In this document: one piece after another, positions 28,745-38,415 of the stretch
Position numbering within the stretch: the first letter of the stretch is position 1
Layout of the letters: each line of letters opens with the position of its first letter
Origin: an uncultured Clostridia bacterium
GTDB taxonomy: Bacteria > Bacillota > Clostridia > TANB77 > CAG-465
DNA: 64,000 nucleotides
Direction: 5' to 3'
NCBI GenBank assembly: GCA_947624625.1
Contig: CANQLD010000002.1
Location: forward strand, 415-64,414
Notes under the pieces: generated by a model
Seen by the model: only the letters and a program-made list of their open reading frames with translations
Told to the model about the DNA's origin: nothing
The model's database searches: none
Program-made: the position numbers and the translations under genes

Positions 28745-29617
28745 TTATTCAATATAATTCTCTTTGTCTTCAATATTCTTTTGTAAATTTGGTTCTTCAT
28801 TACTTTTTATATTCTCTATTTCCTCATTACTTTTTACCATACCTTGTAAATCCTTACTAAAATCTGAAGTGTCAGCTATAACATTTTCATTACTATTGCT
28901 TAAATTAGATAAATCATTATTAGGTGGATTAAGCATTTTTGTATTTTTATTCCTAGTAAACATATCTTTAAATTTAGAAAATACTTTTAGGAAAGTTTCT
29001 TTTACCTCAACTGGATAAGATTTTAATGAATTTAATTTAGTATTATTAGTTAATTTGTGCAAATTTAGTTTATCTACTAATTCTTGTGAAGGTACATACT
29101 CTCCTTTTTCTATTTCTTCTTCTGTTTTTTCTCTTGAAATAATATTTCCTTTTTCATCTAAATCAAGTACCATTTGCACTTTTGTAGCACAACTATTATT
29201 TAGTTCATACTTACCTTTATATACAATTGCGTCATCATTAAATGAACGTTGTTTAAAGTTTGACAAAATTTCTCTTGCTTTCTCAGTTGGTACTTCGTTA
29301 TTTTGTGCGTCCTTTTTTAAGTCTATTTTTACTGCACTAAATTCATAACTTGTTGAACTACTTGAAACGTTTCTAAGTAAATCGTTATATGAAGGCTTTC
29401 CTGCAAAGAAAAAACATTTTTTACTACCCATTGAAATAAAATTACTACTTGGTTTTATATACCCACTTTCTAAAATTTTATCTGCATTTTCTGGAGTAGT
29501 TACGTGGTATAATCCATTATTAATAATTTCATTATTCATTTTTTCATCAACTTTTGTATAAATCATTTTAGTTGCAAGAATACCAGAATTTATAGCAATA
29601 AAAGTTCCTAATATCAT
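28745..29617 (-). CDS. Hypothetical N-terminally membrane-anchored protein
   Basis: 290-aa ORF with a 4-nt overlap (ATGA) with the plsC stop. It has an N-terminal hydrophobic helix and a low-complexity Asn/Glu-rich C-terminus. No family assigned. Confidence 0.5.
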   Translation of the reverse strand: MILGTFIAINSGILATKMIYTKVDEKMNNEIINNGLYHVTTPENADKILESGYIKPSSNFISMGSKKCFFFAGKPSYNDLLRNVSSSSTSYEFSAVKIDLKKDAQNNEVPTEKAREILSNFKQRSFNDDAIVYKGKYELNNSCATKVQMVLDLDEKGNIISREKTEEEIEKGEYVPSQELVDKLNLHKLTNNTKLNSLKSYPVEVKETFLKVFSKFKDMFTRNKNTKMLNPPNNDLSNLSNSNENVIADTSDFSKDLQGMVKSNEEIENIKSNEEPNLQKNIEDKENYIE

Positions 29618-30210
29618 TTGTTTTCACCCTTTTCATCATTTAAATCGTAACACTTTTTTAGTAATTCCTTTGAAAAATCTTCAATTTTTTTCTTATCACT
29701 TGCTATTTCCTTGGTAACATATACAGGGTCGCCATATATAATTTTTACTTTTGAAAATACTTTAGCATTTTTAGTAATGTATACAGGTACAATTGGTACA
29801 TTTGCTTTATATGCAATATATGCAGGTCCTACCTTAGCATTTCCCATTTCTCTATCTTTACCAATTCTTTCACCTTCAGGAAATACGAGTAACTTTCTTT
29901 TATCTACTCCTTTAAATAGATTAATAGCATGAATTAAACTTCTTACGTCGTGTTCTCCTCTTTTAATTGGAAAAACACCAAGATATTTATATATACTTGC
30001 AATAACTTTATTTCTAAATAGCTCAGCTTTTGCCATAATGCAAATCTTTTTAGTCCTTGAATAAATCCAAGCTGGTTCAAAATAATTTGAGTGATTTGGA
30101 CATATAAGGCACTTATCTAATTTTTCTTCATTTTCTTTATTTATAAACTTTACTCTATAAAAAATATTACAAAAAAGTATTCTAATTATCCATTTAACAA
30201 GTAATTTCAT
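29614..30210 (-). CDS. plsC: 1-acyl-sn-glycerol-3-phosphate acyltransferase family protein
   Basis: Acyltransferase motifs NHSNYFEP (NHxxxxD/E-type) and VFPEGER. Confidence 0.75.
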   Translation of the reverse strand: MKLLVKWIIRILFCNIFYRVKFINKENEEKLDKCLICPNHSNYFEPAWIYSRTKKICIMAKAELFRNKVIASIYKYLGVFPIKRGEHDVRSLIHAINLFKGVDKRKLLVFPEGERIGKDREMGNAKVGPAYIAYKANVPIVPVYITKNAKVFSKVKIIYGDPVYVTKEIASDKKKIEDFSKELLKKCYDLNDEKGENK

Positions 30211-30894
30211 TTATAACGTTACCCTTTCTTTTAATAAATTAATTACAAATTCTACAGTTTCTGATTTTGACAAATTAGTAGTATCAACCTCTATTGCATC
30301 TTCTACTTTTATTAATGGAGATTCTTTTCTTGTGCTATCTTGCAAATCCCTTTTTTGAAGAGATGCCTTTATTTCTTCAATACTTAAAATCTGACCTTTT
30401 TTTTCTAAATCTTTTTGTCTCCTTAATGCTCTTACATCAGGAGAAGCAACTAAATATATTTTTAAATCTGCATTTGGAAAAACAACAGATGTAGTATCTC
30501 TTCCTTCCAAAACTACACTTTCTTTACCTGCCATTTCTCTTTGCATTTTTACAAGTCTTTGTCTTACATTTTTATTTTTAGAAACATCAGAGGCTGCCAT
30601 TGATACTTCTTCAGTACGTATTTTGTCTGTTATATCCTCATTATTTAAATATACTTTAACCTCTAAATTTACATACTCAAGTTTTATATCAAGTGTGTCA
30701 AGATATTTTTCTATATTTTCATCAGTTAAACTAATATTATTTGATACAAAGAAATAACCTAGTGCTCTATACATTGCACCAGTATCAATATATAGTATAT
30801 TAAGCCTTTTTGCAAGCTCTTTTGCAAGAAATGATTTACCAGTTGCTGCAAAGCCATCAATTGCAATTATATATTTTTTGTCTATTTTATCCAT
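30211..30894 (-). CDS. cmk: Cytidylate kinase
   Basis: IAIDGFAATGKS P-loop and IDTGAMYRA motif. ATG at 30894 is preceded by AGGAGG. Confidence 0.9.
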   Translation of the reverse strand: MDKIDKKYIIAIDGFAATGKSFLAKELAKRLNILYIDTGAMYRALGYFFVSNNISLTDENIEKYLDTLDIKLEYVNLEVKVYLNNEDITDKIRTEEVSMAASDVSKNKNVRQRLVKMQREMAGKESVVLEGRDTTSVVFPNADLKIYLVASPDVRALRRQKDLEKKGQILSIEEIKASLQKRDLQDSTRKESPLIKVEDAIEVDTTNLSKSETVEFVINLLKERVTL

Positions 30895-30988
30895 TTTTTT
30901 TAGCCTCCTATTTATTTTTACTAGAAAATATGATATCATATATATGAAATTTTGTAAAGAAAAATAAAATAGAAAGTTGGTTAAAATA

Positions 30989-31525
30989 ATGTCAAAAGAT
31001 ATAGAAATATTTGATAATAGATTAATAATACTCTATATATTACAAAATGCCAAAAGACCACTAACTATAAATCAAATTGTTACATTTTGTGAAGAATTTG
31101 ACGATATTACCTACATTGACATATGTAGTTATATAGACAGTCTAAAAAAAAGTAATTATATTTATGAAATTTACGAAGATGAAAATGTGCTTTACTCTCC
31201 TACAGAGACTGGAATTAATACATTAAATGAGCTTCTTGAACTAATACCTGGTGTCGATTTATATAATATAAAAAAAATAATTAATAAAAATGATGTTGAG
31301 GTAAAAACCGAATATTCAATTAACACAAATATTATACCTATTAAATCTGATGAATATAAGGTTTCTTGCTATATTAAAGATGGAAATGATGAAATGATTA
31401 ATATTACAATGTACGCAGGTACAAAAGAGCAAGCTAAAAATATTTCGGTACATTGGAGTGAAAATGCTGAAGAGATATACACTAAACTACTTAAACTTAT
31501 GACAAGTGATAAAGATAATGATTAG
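30989..31525 (+). CDS. DUF4364-like putative winged-helix regulator
   Basis: Size and the N-terminal pattern (RLIILYILQNAKRPLTINQI) resemble the clostridial DUF4364 family. ATG at 30989 is preferred over the TTG at 30977. Confidence 0.5.
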   Translation: MSKDIEIFDNRLIILYILQNAKRPLTINQIVTFCEEFDDITYIDICSYIDSLKKSNYIYEIYEDENVLYSPTETGINTLNELLELIPGVDLYNIKKIINKNDVEVKTEYSINTNIIPIKSDEYKVSCYIKDGNDEMINITMYAGTKEQAKNISVHWSENAEEIYTKLLKLMTSDKDND

Positions 31526-31615
31526 TAAAGGGTGTTTAGAAATATAAATTTCTAGACATCCTCTTATTTATATTTTTTGACTCTTAATTTTAAAATAATA
31601 AGTTCAATTAATTAT

Positions 31616-31644
31616 TTGACTAAAAAAAATTTATATGGTAAAAT
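31616..31644 (+). promoter_or_regulatory. Putative promoter of small membrane-protein paralogue 1
   Basis: TTGACT, a 17-nt spacer ending in TGG, then TAAAAT (extended -10). Confidence 0.5.
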
Positions 31645-31671
31645 TTTTTACATAAGAGAGGTGTTTTATAT

Positions 31672-32133
31672 ATGAAGAAAAAAAGCATAATTATTATTGT
31701 AATAGTAGGAATTATAGTAGTAATATTAGGAATTGTTTTATTTGATTTATTATTTCCAAGAGAAAAGAGACTAGATGAAATAAATTATAAAATTAATGGC
31801 CCATTTAAAGCATATAATGTTCAAGAAGAAGGTAATGATATAATTGTTACCGAGTATTTAGTTAATCCTTTTAGAAAAACTCTTCATTATCAATTTTCTG
31901 ATGATGATAATTTAGAAAAAAATGTTATAACAGAATATTATGAAAATAAATTAACTGCAATATGTAATTATTTTAAACATAAAAATGTATATGCAGATGA
32001 TGTTCAGTTAAAAAATAATACAATTACATATACAGATAAGACAATGCCAACTCCAATTCAACATTATACAAAAAATGATATACAAAACCATATAGATAAT
32101 CTTTATAGTGGTACACCTAAAGTTAATAATTAA
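31672..32133 (+). CDS. Small N-terminally anchored protein, paralogue 1
   Basis: 153 aa. The MKKKSIIIIVIVGIIV... TM anchor is nearly identical to that of the next gene. RBS GAGAGGTG. Confidence 0.6.
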   Translation: MKKKSIIIIVIVGIIVVILGIVLFDLLFPREKRLDEINYKINGPFKAYNVQEEGNDIIVTEYLVNPFRKTLHYQFSDDDNLEKNVITEYYENKLTAICNYFKHKNVYADDVQLKNNTITYTDKTMPTPIQHYTKNDIQNHIDNLYSGTPKVNN

Positions 32134-32260
32134 CTAAAAAAATAAAGTAATTAACATTACATACTTCATTACTTTATTTTAATCACACAATTGTAAGCTA
32201 TTACAATCAACACTATTCAAATATGTTTTCTATATCTTTAATTAATTTAAACATAACAAA

Positions 32261-32289
32261 TTGACTACAAAATTTTTATATGGTACAAT
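32261..32289 (+). promoter_or_regulatory. Putative promoter of small membrane-protein paralogue 2
   Basis: TTGACT, a 17-nt spacer ending in TGG, then TACAAT. It has the same layout as 31616..31644. Confidence 0.5.
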
Positions 32290-32317
32290 CCTTTTATATA
32301 AGTGAGGTGTTTTTTAT

Positions 32318-32770
32318 ATGAAGAAAAAAAGCATAATTATTATTGTAATAGTAGGAATTATAGTAATATTAGGAATTGTTTTATTTGATTTATACTTTCC
32401 AAGAGAAAAGAGATTAGGTGAAGTAGATTATAATTATTCTAAGCCTATTAAAGCATATAATTTTCTAAAAGAGGAAAATGACATAATTGTTACTTATTAT
32501 TTAGATGATCCTTTTAGAAGAGTTCTTCATTATCAATTTTCTAATGATGATTTTTTAGAAAAAACTATTGTAACAGACTATTTTGAAAATAAATTTAGTG
32601 CTATATTTAATTATATATATAATTATAAAGAAAAATATAAATATAATGATGTTAAGTTAAAAGGTAATGCAATTATATATACACAAGAGGCAAATTACAA
32701 TGAAACAAAAAATGATATTCAAGAATCTATAGAATATCTTTCTGAGGGCAGTCAAGAAATTAATTTATAA
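32318..32770 (+). CDS. Small N-terminally anchored protein, paralogue 2
   Basis: 150 aa. Shares the N-terminal ~33 aa and the HYQFS(D/N)DD block with 31672..32133. Confidence 0.6.
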   Translation: MKKKSIIIIVIVGIIVILGIVLFDLYFPREKRLGEVDYNYSKPIKAYNFLKEENDIIVTYYLDDPFRRVLHYQFSNDDFLEKTIVTDYFENKFSAIFNYIYNYKEKYKYNDVKLKGNAIIYTQEANYNETKNDIQESIEYLSEGSQEINL

Positions 32771-32932
32771 AAATTATTACCAAACTAATAAAAATAAAGT
32801 GATGAATATATTATTAATATTATCCTACTTCATCACTTTATTATTTTTTTACAAAAAAACATATATGATACCACTATATATATATTATGTAAATATATTC
32901 TCTATATTTTTGATTAATTTTAACATATATAC

Positions 32933-32961
32933 TTGAAATTATTTAATATATATAATATAAT
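32933..32961 (+). promoter_or_regulatory. Putative serS promoter
   Basis: TTGAAA, a 17-nt spacer, then TATAAT, about 35 nt upstream of the serS ATG. Such matches are frequent in AT-rich DNA. Confidence 0.4.
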
Positions 32962-32994
32962 TAGTGTGTTATAAATTTAAGGGGGAATTGTTTT

Positions 32995-34275
32995 ATGTTA
33001 GATATTAAATTTATAAGAGAAAATAGTGAATTAGTTAAAAAAGCAGCTGCCGACAAATTAATGGAGGTAGATATTGATAAATTACTTAGTATAGATAAAA
33101 AAATACGTGATATTAGTGCAAATCTTGATTTAATGAAAGAACAAAGAAATAAATTATCTAAAGAGATTCCTTCACTTTCAAATGAACAACGTGAAATTAA
33201 AGTAAATGAAGTAAAAAATCTAAAAAATGAAATAGCAAATCTTGAAGAGACACTTACTCCTCTAAAAGCTGAGTATAAAGATTTAATGTATAGAGTTCCT
33301 AGTGTACCACTTGAGGAAGTACCTATTGGAAAAACAGATGATGATAATGTTGAAATAAAAAGAGTTGGTGAAATTCCAAAATTTGATTTTCCACTTAAAG
33401 ACCACGTTGAACTTGCTGAAGAACTTGATTTAATTGATATTCCTAGAGGTGTTAAAGTAGCAGGCTCTCGTTCTTATTTCTTAAAAAATGAAGGTGCTCT
33501 ACTTGAAATGGCTATTTGTAGATTTGTAATTGATAAACTTGTTAAAAAAGGCTTTACACCTATGATAGTACCTACTCTTGTTAAAGATACACCAATGTTT
33601 GGGACAGGCTATTTCCCTATTGGAAAAGAACAATCATATGAAATAAATGAAGATAATCTATATCTTGTTGGAACATCAGAAGTATCTTTAGTTTCATATC
33701 ATAGTGATGAAACATTTGAAAGTGAGACTACTCTTCCAAAGATGTATTGTGGCTATTCAACTTGCTACAGAAGAGAAGCAGGAACTTACGGAAAAGATAC
33801 TAGAGGCCTTTATAGAGTACATCAATTTTCAAAAATAGAACAAGTTATAATTTGTGAAGCAGATTTTGAAAAACAAACTGAACTTCATAATTTCTTATTA
33901 AATAATGCTGAGGAAATTATGCAAGATTTAAAAATACCATATAGAGTTGTTAAAGTTTGCACTGGAGATATGGGAATTGGACAAGTTAGAAAACACGATA
34001 TTGAAGCTTGGATGCCAAGTCGTAATAAATATAGTGAAACACACTCTTGTTCTTCATTTAATGATTTCCAAACAAGAAGAAGCAATATAAAATATAAAGA
34101 TAAAGACGGAAACACAAAATATTGTTTCACACTAAATAATACTGCCATTGCTTCACCAAGAATTTTAATTCCAATACTTGAACTTAATCAAAATGAAGAC
34201 GGTAGCATAAATATTCCAGAAGTACTTATTCCTTATATGAACGGTATGACAAAAATTGAAAAGAAAAATAAATAA
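32995..34275 (+). CDS. serS: Seryl-tRNA synthetase
   Basis: 426 aa. It has an N-terminal coiled-coil arm and class II motifs YCGYSTCYRREAG, RVHQF and TLNNTAIASPR. Confidence 0.95.
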   Translation: MLDIKFIRENSELVKKAAADKLMEVDIDKLLSIDKKIRDISANLDLMKEQRNKLSKEIPSLSNEQREIKVNEVKNLKNEIANLEETLTPLKAEYKDLMYRVPSVPLEEVPIGKTDDDNVEIKRVGEIPKFDFPLKDHVELAEELDLIDIPRGVKVAGSRSYFLKNEGALLEMAICRFVIDKLVKKGFTPMIVPTLVKDTPMFGTGYFPIGKEQSYEINEDNLYLVGTSEVSLVSYHSDETFESETTLPKMYCGYSTCYRREAGTYGKDTRGLYRVHQFSKIEQVIICEADFEKQTELHNFLLNNAEEIMQDLKIPYRVVKVCTGDMGIGQVRKHDIEAWMPSRNKYSETHSCSSFNDFQTRRSNIKYKDKDGNTKYCFTLNNTAIASPRILIPILELNQNEDGSINIPEVLIPYMNGMTKIEKKNK

Positions 34276-34280
34276 AAATT

Positions 34281-34313
34281 AAAAAACCTAGTAAATTAAT
34301 ACTAGGCTTTTTT
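34281..34313. terminator. Bidirectional terminator between serS and the Spo0A_C-like gene
   Basis: 7-bp stem CCTAGTA/TACTAGG flanked by an A run and a T run. Confidence 0.55.
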
Positions 34314-34318
34314 AATGC

Positions 34319-34711
34319 TTAATTTAAATCTTCGATAAAATGAACAAGCGAGCTTATAAAAGTCGAATTAATCATTTTATTGTTTGGTTCAAGTGCGTTT
34401 TTACCAAAAACATAGACAAGTTCGTCGTTATTATTTGAACCAACCATACAACACTCAACTGCGTGACGAATTGACCTTTCTACTCTAGACCTTGTTGTGT
34501 CGAATTTTTTAGCAAGCTCTTCATACAAGCCACCTACAATGTTACGCAAATACCCGTGGTCGGATAAGCCAAGAATCACAGCCTCTTTGATGTAGTCATA
34601 CCCCTGAATTCCTTGAGGCACTCCGATATACTTTAAAAGCAAACCTGTTTTCCGAGATAATGATACCTCTTCCCTCATTTTTTCTTCCAACCTGTCCAAA
34701 CCGTCTTTCAT
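34319..34711 (-). CDS. Stand-alone Spo0A C-terminal (DNA-binding) domain protein, no receiver domain
   Basis: The segment IGVPQGIQGYDYIKEAV...LYEELAKKFDTTRSRVERSIRHAVE aligns with B. subtilis Spo0A IGVPAHIKGYLYLREAI...[25 protein letters not shown]. ATG at 34711 is preceded by GAGGAGG. Confidence 0.8.
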   Translation of the reverse strand: MKDGLDRLEEKMREEVSLSRKTGLLLKYIGVPQGIQGYDYIKEAVILGLSDHGYLRNIVGGLYEELAKKFDTTRSRVERSIRHAVECCMVGSNNNDELVYVFGKNALEPNNKMINSTFISSLVHFIEDLN

Positions 34712-34885
34712 TTTGTTTCCTCCTCTATTAAGATAAGATATTTTTTCCAACAAAAAGTAATAGTTGGAAAATGTAAGTTTACAGTAATATTTTATCAAAT
34801 TATTTATGAAATGTCAAGTTTTATGTAAAATACTATTGATATTTTTAATATAATTATGATATAATACTAAAAAAGGAGTAAGAAT

Positions 34886-35458
34886 ATGTTAAAGAATATG
34901 AAATTTGAAACATCTGCATTTAATACAAAACAATTAATTGATACAGACTTAAATCAAATTGTTATGGTAGGAAAATCAAATGTAGGAAAATCTTCGTTTA
35001 TAAACACACTTGCAAATCAAAAAAATCTTGCAAAAGTTGGACAAACACCTGGAAAGACAAAAAGCATAAATTATTATAACGTAAATAACGAATATTACAT
35101 TGTTGACTTACCTGGATACGGTTATTCTAAAATGACGAAAGTAGAACAAGAAAATACTTCAAAACTTGTAAATAAATATATAAATAATAATAAAAATATA
35201 TCATATATATTTTTTCTTGTTGATATTCGCCACAAGCCAACTGAAAATGATAGAATAATGTATGAATGGCTTCTTGATAAAAATATACCATTTACAATTA
35301 TAGCTACTAAAGCTGATAAAGTTGCTAAAACTAAAATACCAGATTATTTAAAAGACATCACAAAAACACTATTTGCAAAGGAAGATATAATTGCTATATC
35401 TTGCCAAACAAAATATAATATTGATTTAATAGAAAATATAATCAATAAATATATATAA
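34886..35458 (+). CDS. engB: Ribosome biogenesis GTPase YsxC/EngB
   Basis: G motifs GKSNVGKSS and DLPGYGY. 190 aa. Confidence 0.9.
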   Translation: MLKNMKFETSAFNTKQLIDTDLNQIVMVGKSNVGKSSFINTLANQKNLAKVGQTPGKTKSINYYNVNNEYYIVDLPGYGYSKMTKVEQENTSKLVNKYINNNKNISYIFFLVDIRHKPTENDRIMYEWLLDKNIPFTIIATKADKVAKTKIPDYLKDITKTLFAKEDIIAISCQTKYNIDLIENIINKYI

Positions 35459-35488
35459 AAAAGTAAATAACTAACCTTTATATAAAAG

Positions 35489-36238
35489 TTAGATATTTAC
35501 TTTTTCGTTTTTCTCTTCTTCTTCCTCTTCTTCCTTTTCCATTTTTTCTCTTTGGAAATTTCCCCACCTATAACCAATTAATCCAATTATTAAAAATACT
35601 CCTACAAAAATTGCAGTGATAAGGAAACTTCCTTCAGACAATTTATTACCCGCATACACAGTTAAAAACAGTCCAGGAATCCTTGCAAATGTTGCAATTG
35701 CTAAAAATCTTTTTGGCCTTACAGGACTTATACCTCCTAAGTATATGAATATATCTTTTGGAAGTAATGGTATAACAAACATAATAAACATTAAAATTTC
35801 AAACTTAGCTGGATTTTTAAATAATTTCATATTCTTTATTTCATCAATTTTTTTGTTTGAGAAAAAAAGAAGCATAATATCAGTACCTATTCTTCTAACT
35901 AAAAAGAATACAAGAGCAGTACCAATAAATATCCCAACTAAACATAGAGCTATTCCTCCCCAAGTTCCATATAACATACCTGAAACTATTTCCATAGGTT
36001 GACCCGGAATAACTGCCACAACAATTTGTAATATTTGTAAGCCAAGAACAATTAAGACACCTTTAAATCCCATTCTAGAAATCTCATTTTTAAATTCTAT
36101 TCTAGACTCTTCATTTGCAAGTTTAGAAATCAAAGGTATACTTTTTATTGTAAAATAAGCCATTAGCAATATTACAAACAGTACTATAAATGTTCTTACT
36201 ATCATTAACACTTTGTCTTTATGACTTAACTTATTCAT
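35489..36238 (-). CDS. TVP38/TMEM64 (DedA-related) family membrane protein
   Basis: Multiple TM helices and the IPGQPMEIVSGMLYG motif. ATG at 36238 is preceded by AGAGGGA. Confidence 0.7.
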   Translation of the reverse strand: MNKLSHKDKVLMIVRTFIVLFVILLMAYFTIKSIPLISKLANEESRIEFKNEISRMGFKGVLIVLGLQILQIVVAVIPGQPMEIVSGMLYGTWGGIALCLVGIFIGTALVFFLVRRIGTDIMLLFFSNKKIDEIKNMKLFKNPAKFEILMFIMFVIPLLPKDIFIYLGGISPVRPKRFLAIATFARIPGLFLTVYAGNKLSEGSFLITAIFVGVFLIIGLIGYRWGNFQREKMEKEEEEEEEKNEKVNI

Positions 36239-36367
36239 ATATTTCCCTCTTATCAGAATGATTATATCATATAATAAAAAAATAGACAATATTTTTAGAA
36301 AATATATTTAAATTGGTATTTTAAAAAATATAAATAAATATAATTTAAATATAGGTGGTGATAATAT

Positions 36368-37246
36368 ATGTTTAAAGGCTCAGGTGTTGCACTTATAACA
36401 CCATTTGATGAAAATAATAATGTAAATTATGATGTACTTTCAAAGTTAATAGATTTTCAAATTGAAAATGATACTGATGCAATTATTATATGCGGTACGA
36501 CAGGTGAAAGTTCAACACTTTCTCTTGAGGAAAAAAAAGAAGTAATAAAATTTACAGTTGAAAAAACTAAAAAAAGAATCCCTGTAATTGCAGGAACAGG
36601 CTCTAACTCAACAAGTGATGCAATCTATATTTCTAAATATGCTCAAAGTGTTGGTGCAGATGGTTTACTTTTGGTTACTCCATATTATAACAAATGCACG
36701 CAAGATGGACTATATTTGCATTATGAAGCTATTGCAAAAAATGTTAATATTCCTATAATATTATATAACGTACCAAGTAGAACAGGTGTAAATATTGAAA
36801 CGGAAACACTGACTAAACTTTCAAAAATTGATAATATAGTTGGTATTAAAGAGGCAAGTTCAAACATATCACAAATTGCAAGTATTTTTTCAAAAGTTAG
36901 AAATGATTTCCTTGTTTATTCAGGAAATGACGACCAAATACTTCCTATACTATCTCTTGGAGGAGCTGGCATAATTTCTGTTCTTGCAAATATATTCCCA
37001 AAAGATACTCATAAAATTTGTGAGAATTTTTTTGAAGGAAATATTGATGAAGCAAGAAAACTACAACTTAAATATTTTGATGTTATAAAAGGTCTTTTCT
37101 GTGAGGTAAATCCAATTCCTGTTAAAGAGGCTTTAAACTATCTAGGATATAATGTTGGTAAATGCAGACTTCCTCTATGTGATATGAAAAAAGAAAATAA
37201 AGAATATCTATTAAAAAATATTGAAAATATAAAAGACATACTATGA
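36368..37246 (+). CDS. dapA: 4-hydroxy-tetrahydrodipicolinate synthase
   Basis: 292 aa. Motifs GTTGESSTL, YNVPSRTG and the IVGIKEAS active-site Lys context. Confidence 0.95.
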   Translation: MFKGSGVALITPFDENNNVNYDVLSKLIDFQIENDTDAIIICGTTGESSTLSLEEKKEVIKFTVEKTKKRIPVIAGTGSNSTSDAIYISKYAQSVGADGLLLVTPYYNKCTQDGLYLHYEAIAKNVNIPIILYNVPSRTGVNIETETLTKLSKIDNIVGIKEASSNISQIASIFSKVRNDFLVYSGNDDQILPILSLGGAGIISVLANIFPKDTHKICENFFEGNIDEARKLQLKYFDVIKGLFCEVNPIPVKEALNYLGYNVGKCRLPLCDMKKENKEYLLKNIENIKDIL

Positions 37247-37266
37247 TAAAATTTCATAGTATGTCT
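37234..37266. terminator. Bidirectional terminator shared by dapA and paralogue P1
   Basis: 13-bp perfect stem AGACATACTATGA/TCATAGTATGTCT. The same CATACTATGA...TCATAGTATG core recurs after P2, P3 and P4. Confidence 0.75.
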
Positions 37267-37273
37267 ATATAAT

Positions 37274-38323
37274 TTATTCTTTTAGCGATTCAAGGAATTC
37301 CCTTTCCTTTTTATTTGTTGAAGTATTTAGCAGGTAATTATAAGACTCAAATAAAGCCTTACAATGATTATGTGACTCAGGGCCATGTACATAATCTTTA
37401 AACATTTTTACTAATTTAAACAAATCAATATTTGTATTCTTAACTAAGAATATAAATAATTTGTCCGCAAAAAAAGGTTGACTAGTGCTAATCTTTACAA
37501 GTAAATTTGAGAAATACTTTAAAATTTTAGCTTCATCATTATTAAAGTAATATTCAATAATACTACTGTAGTCAAATAACCCATACAAAAAAATCAAAAT
37601 ATCATAAAAGCTAGTTAAAGTGTTAATATAAAAGAAAATAAACTCACTACTAGTTCTTATGAAATAAGGCTTTTTATACAATGTTATTATATCATCTACC
37701 GAGTAATTTAAATTAATATATTTTGCAAAAACTTCATAATACTCAATGCCAAACTTTGGTATATAATTGGCCAAAAGCAAGCTTAACTTTTCCATATTAC
37801 TTAAATTACGTTCTTTAAGTGCAGATTCAAAAGCAAGTATTTTTTCAACTACATCATCTTTGCTTTTGGCAAATCTACTTAAATACTCTTTTGCCGAATA
37901 ATAAATAAAAAAATCGCTTTTACATAAAAGACTTTTATATTTTATTATATATTCAGTTGGTAACATAGCAAATACTTCATATAACTTATCTTGCAATTTA
38001 GCATCATATTTTAAATTGTCAATATAAGCTATATTACTTATAATTTGTTTAAATAAATCCTCACTTATAGGGTGCTTTACTATTTTTATAAATGCCTCTA
38101 TGTTAATTACAAATACACGTGTTAAAAAATTTTCCGAAACGAATACATTGTCAATATATTCTGTTGCTTGCAAATAGTTAGTTAAGGATGCCAATATCAC
38201 TTCTGGATTAAACCGAAGCGGATATGGTAATTCTTCGATAAGTTTGCCATTATTCTTTAATTCTGTAGTTAATTCCTTTAAATTATCAAACCCTGCCGAC
38301 TTAATTTCTCTGTTTACATTCAT
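37274..38323 (-). CDS. Paralogue P1 of unknown cytosolic protein family
   Basis: Family blocks present: FDNLKEL...LKNNGKLIEELPYPLRFNPEVIL, EKILAFESA and FESYNYLL...EFLESLKE. RBS GGAGG. Confidence 0.7.
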   Translation of the reverse strand: MNVNREIKSAGFDNLKELTTELKNNGKLIEELPYPLRFNPEVILASLTNYLQATEYIDNVFVSENFLTRVFVINIEAFIKIVKHPISEDLFKQIISNIAYIDNLKYDAKLQDKLYEVFAMLPTEYIIKYKSLLCKSDFFIYYSAKEYLSRFAKSKDDVVEKILAFESALKERNLSNMEKLSLLLANYIPKFGIEYYEVFAKYINLNYSVDDIITLYKKPYFIRTSSEFIFFYINTLTSFYDILIFLYGLFDYSSIIEYYFNNDEAKILKYFSNLLVKISTSQPFFADKLFIFLVKNTNIDLFKLVKMFKDYVHGPESHNHCKALFESYNYLLNTSTNKKEREFLESLKE

Positions 38324-38386
38324 TGTATTGTCCTCCTTCTAATTTTTTTGTGATTACACATAAAATTCTTAATCATTTTCGAACTC

Positions 38387-38415
38387 ATTTTATCACAGCA
38401 ATTTATTTATGTCAA
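38387..38415 (-). promoter_or_regulatory. Promoter of P1
   Basis: TTGACA (38410..38415), a 17-nt spacer ending in TGA, then TAAAAT (38387..38392). The -35 box is bracketed by a 10-bp inverted repeat. Confidence 0.55.

Noticed and set aside
28745-29617. GLYHVTTPENADKILESGYIKPS motif as a Tpt1/KptA-like or ADP-ribosyltransferase-like fold
   Set aside because: It resembles only the first motif (LYHGT...G(L/Y)xP). The downstream catalytic His/Arg or Glu motifs are not recognisable, so this is insufficient for a call without profile or structure searches.
32771-32994. T-box riboswitch leader upstream of serS
   Set aside because: A T-box would be expected for a Firmicutes aminoacyl-tRNA synthetase. 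However, the spacer is short, and most of it is the preceding terminator plus a promoter. I see no T-box consensus-like G/C-rich element or antiterminator structure.
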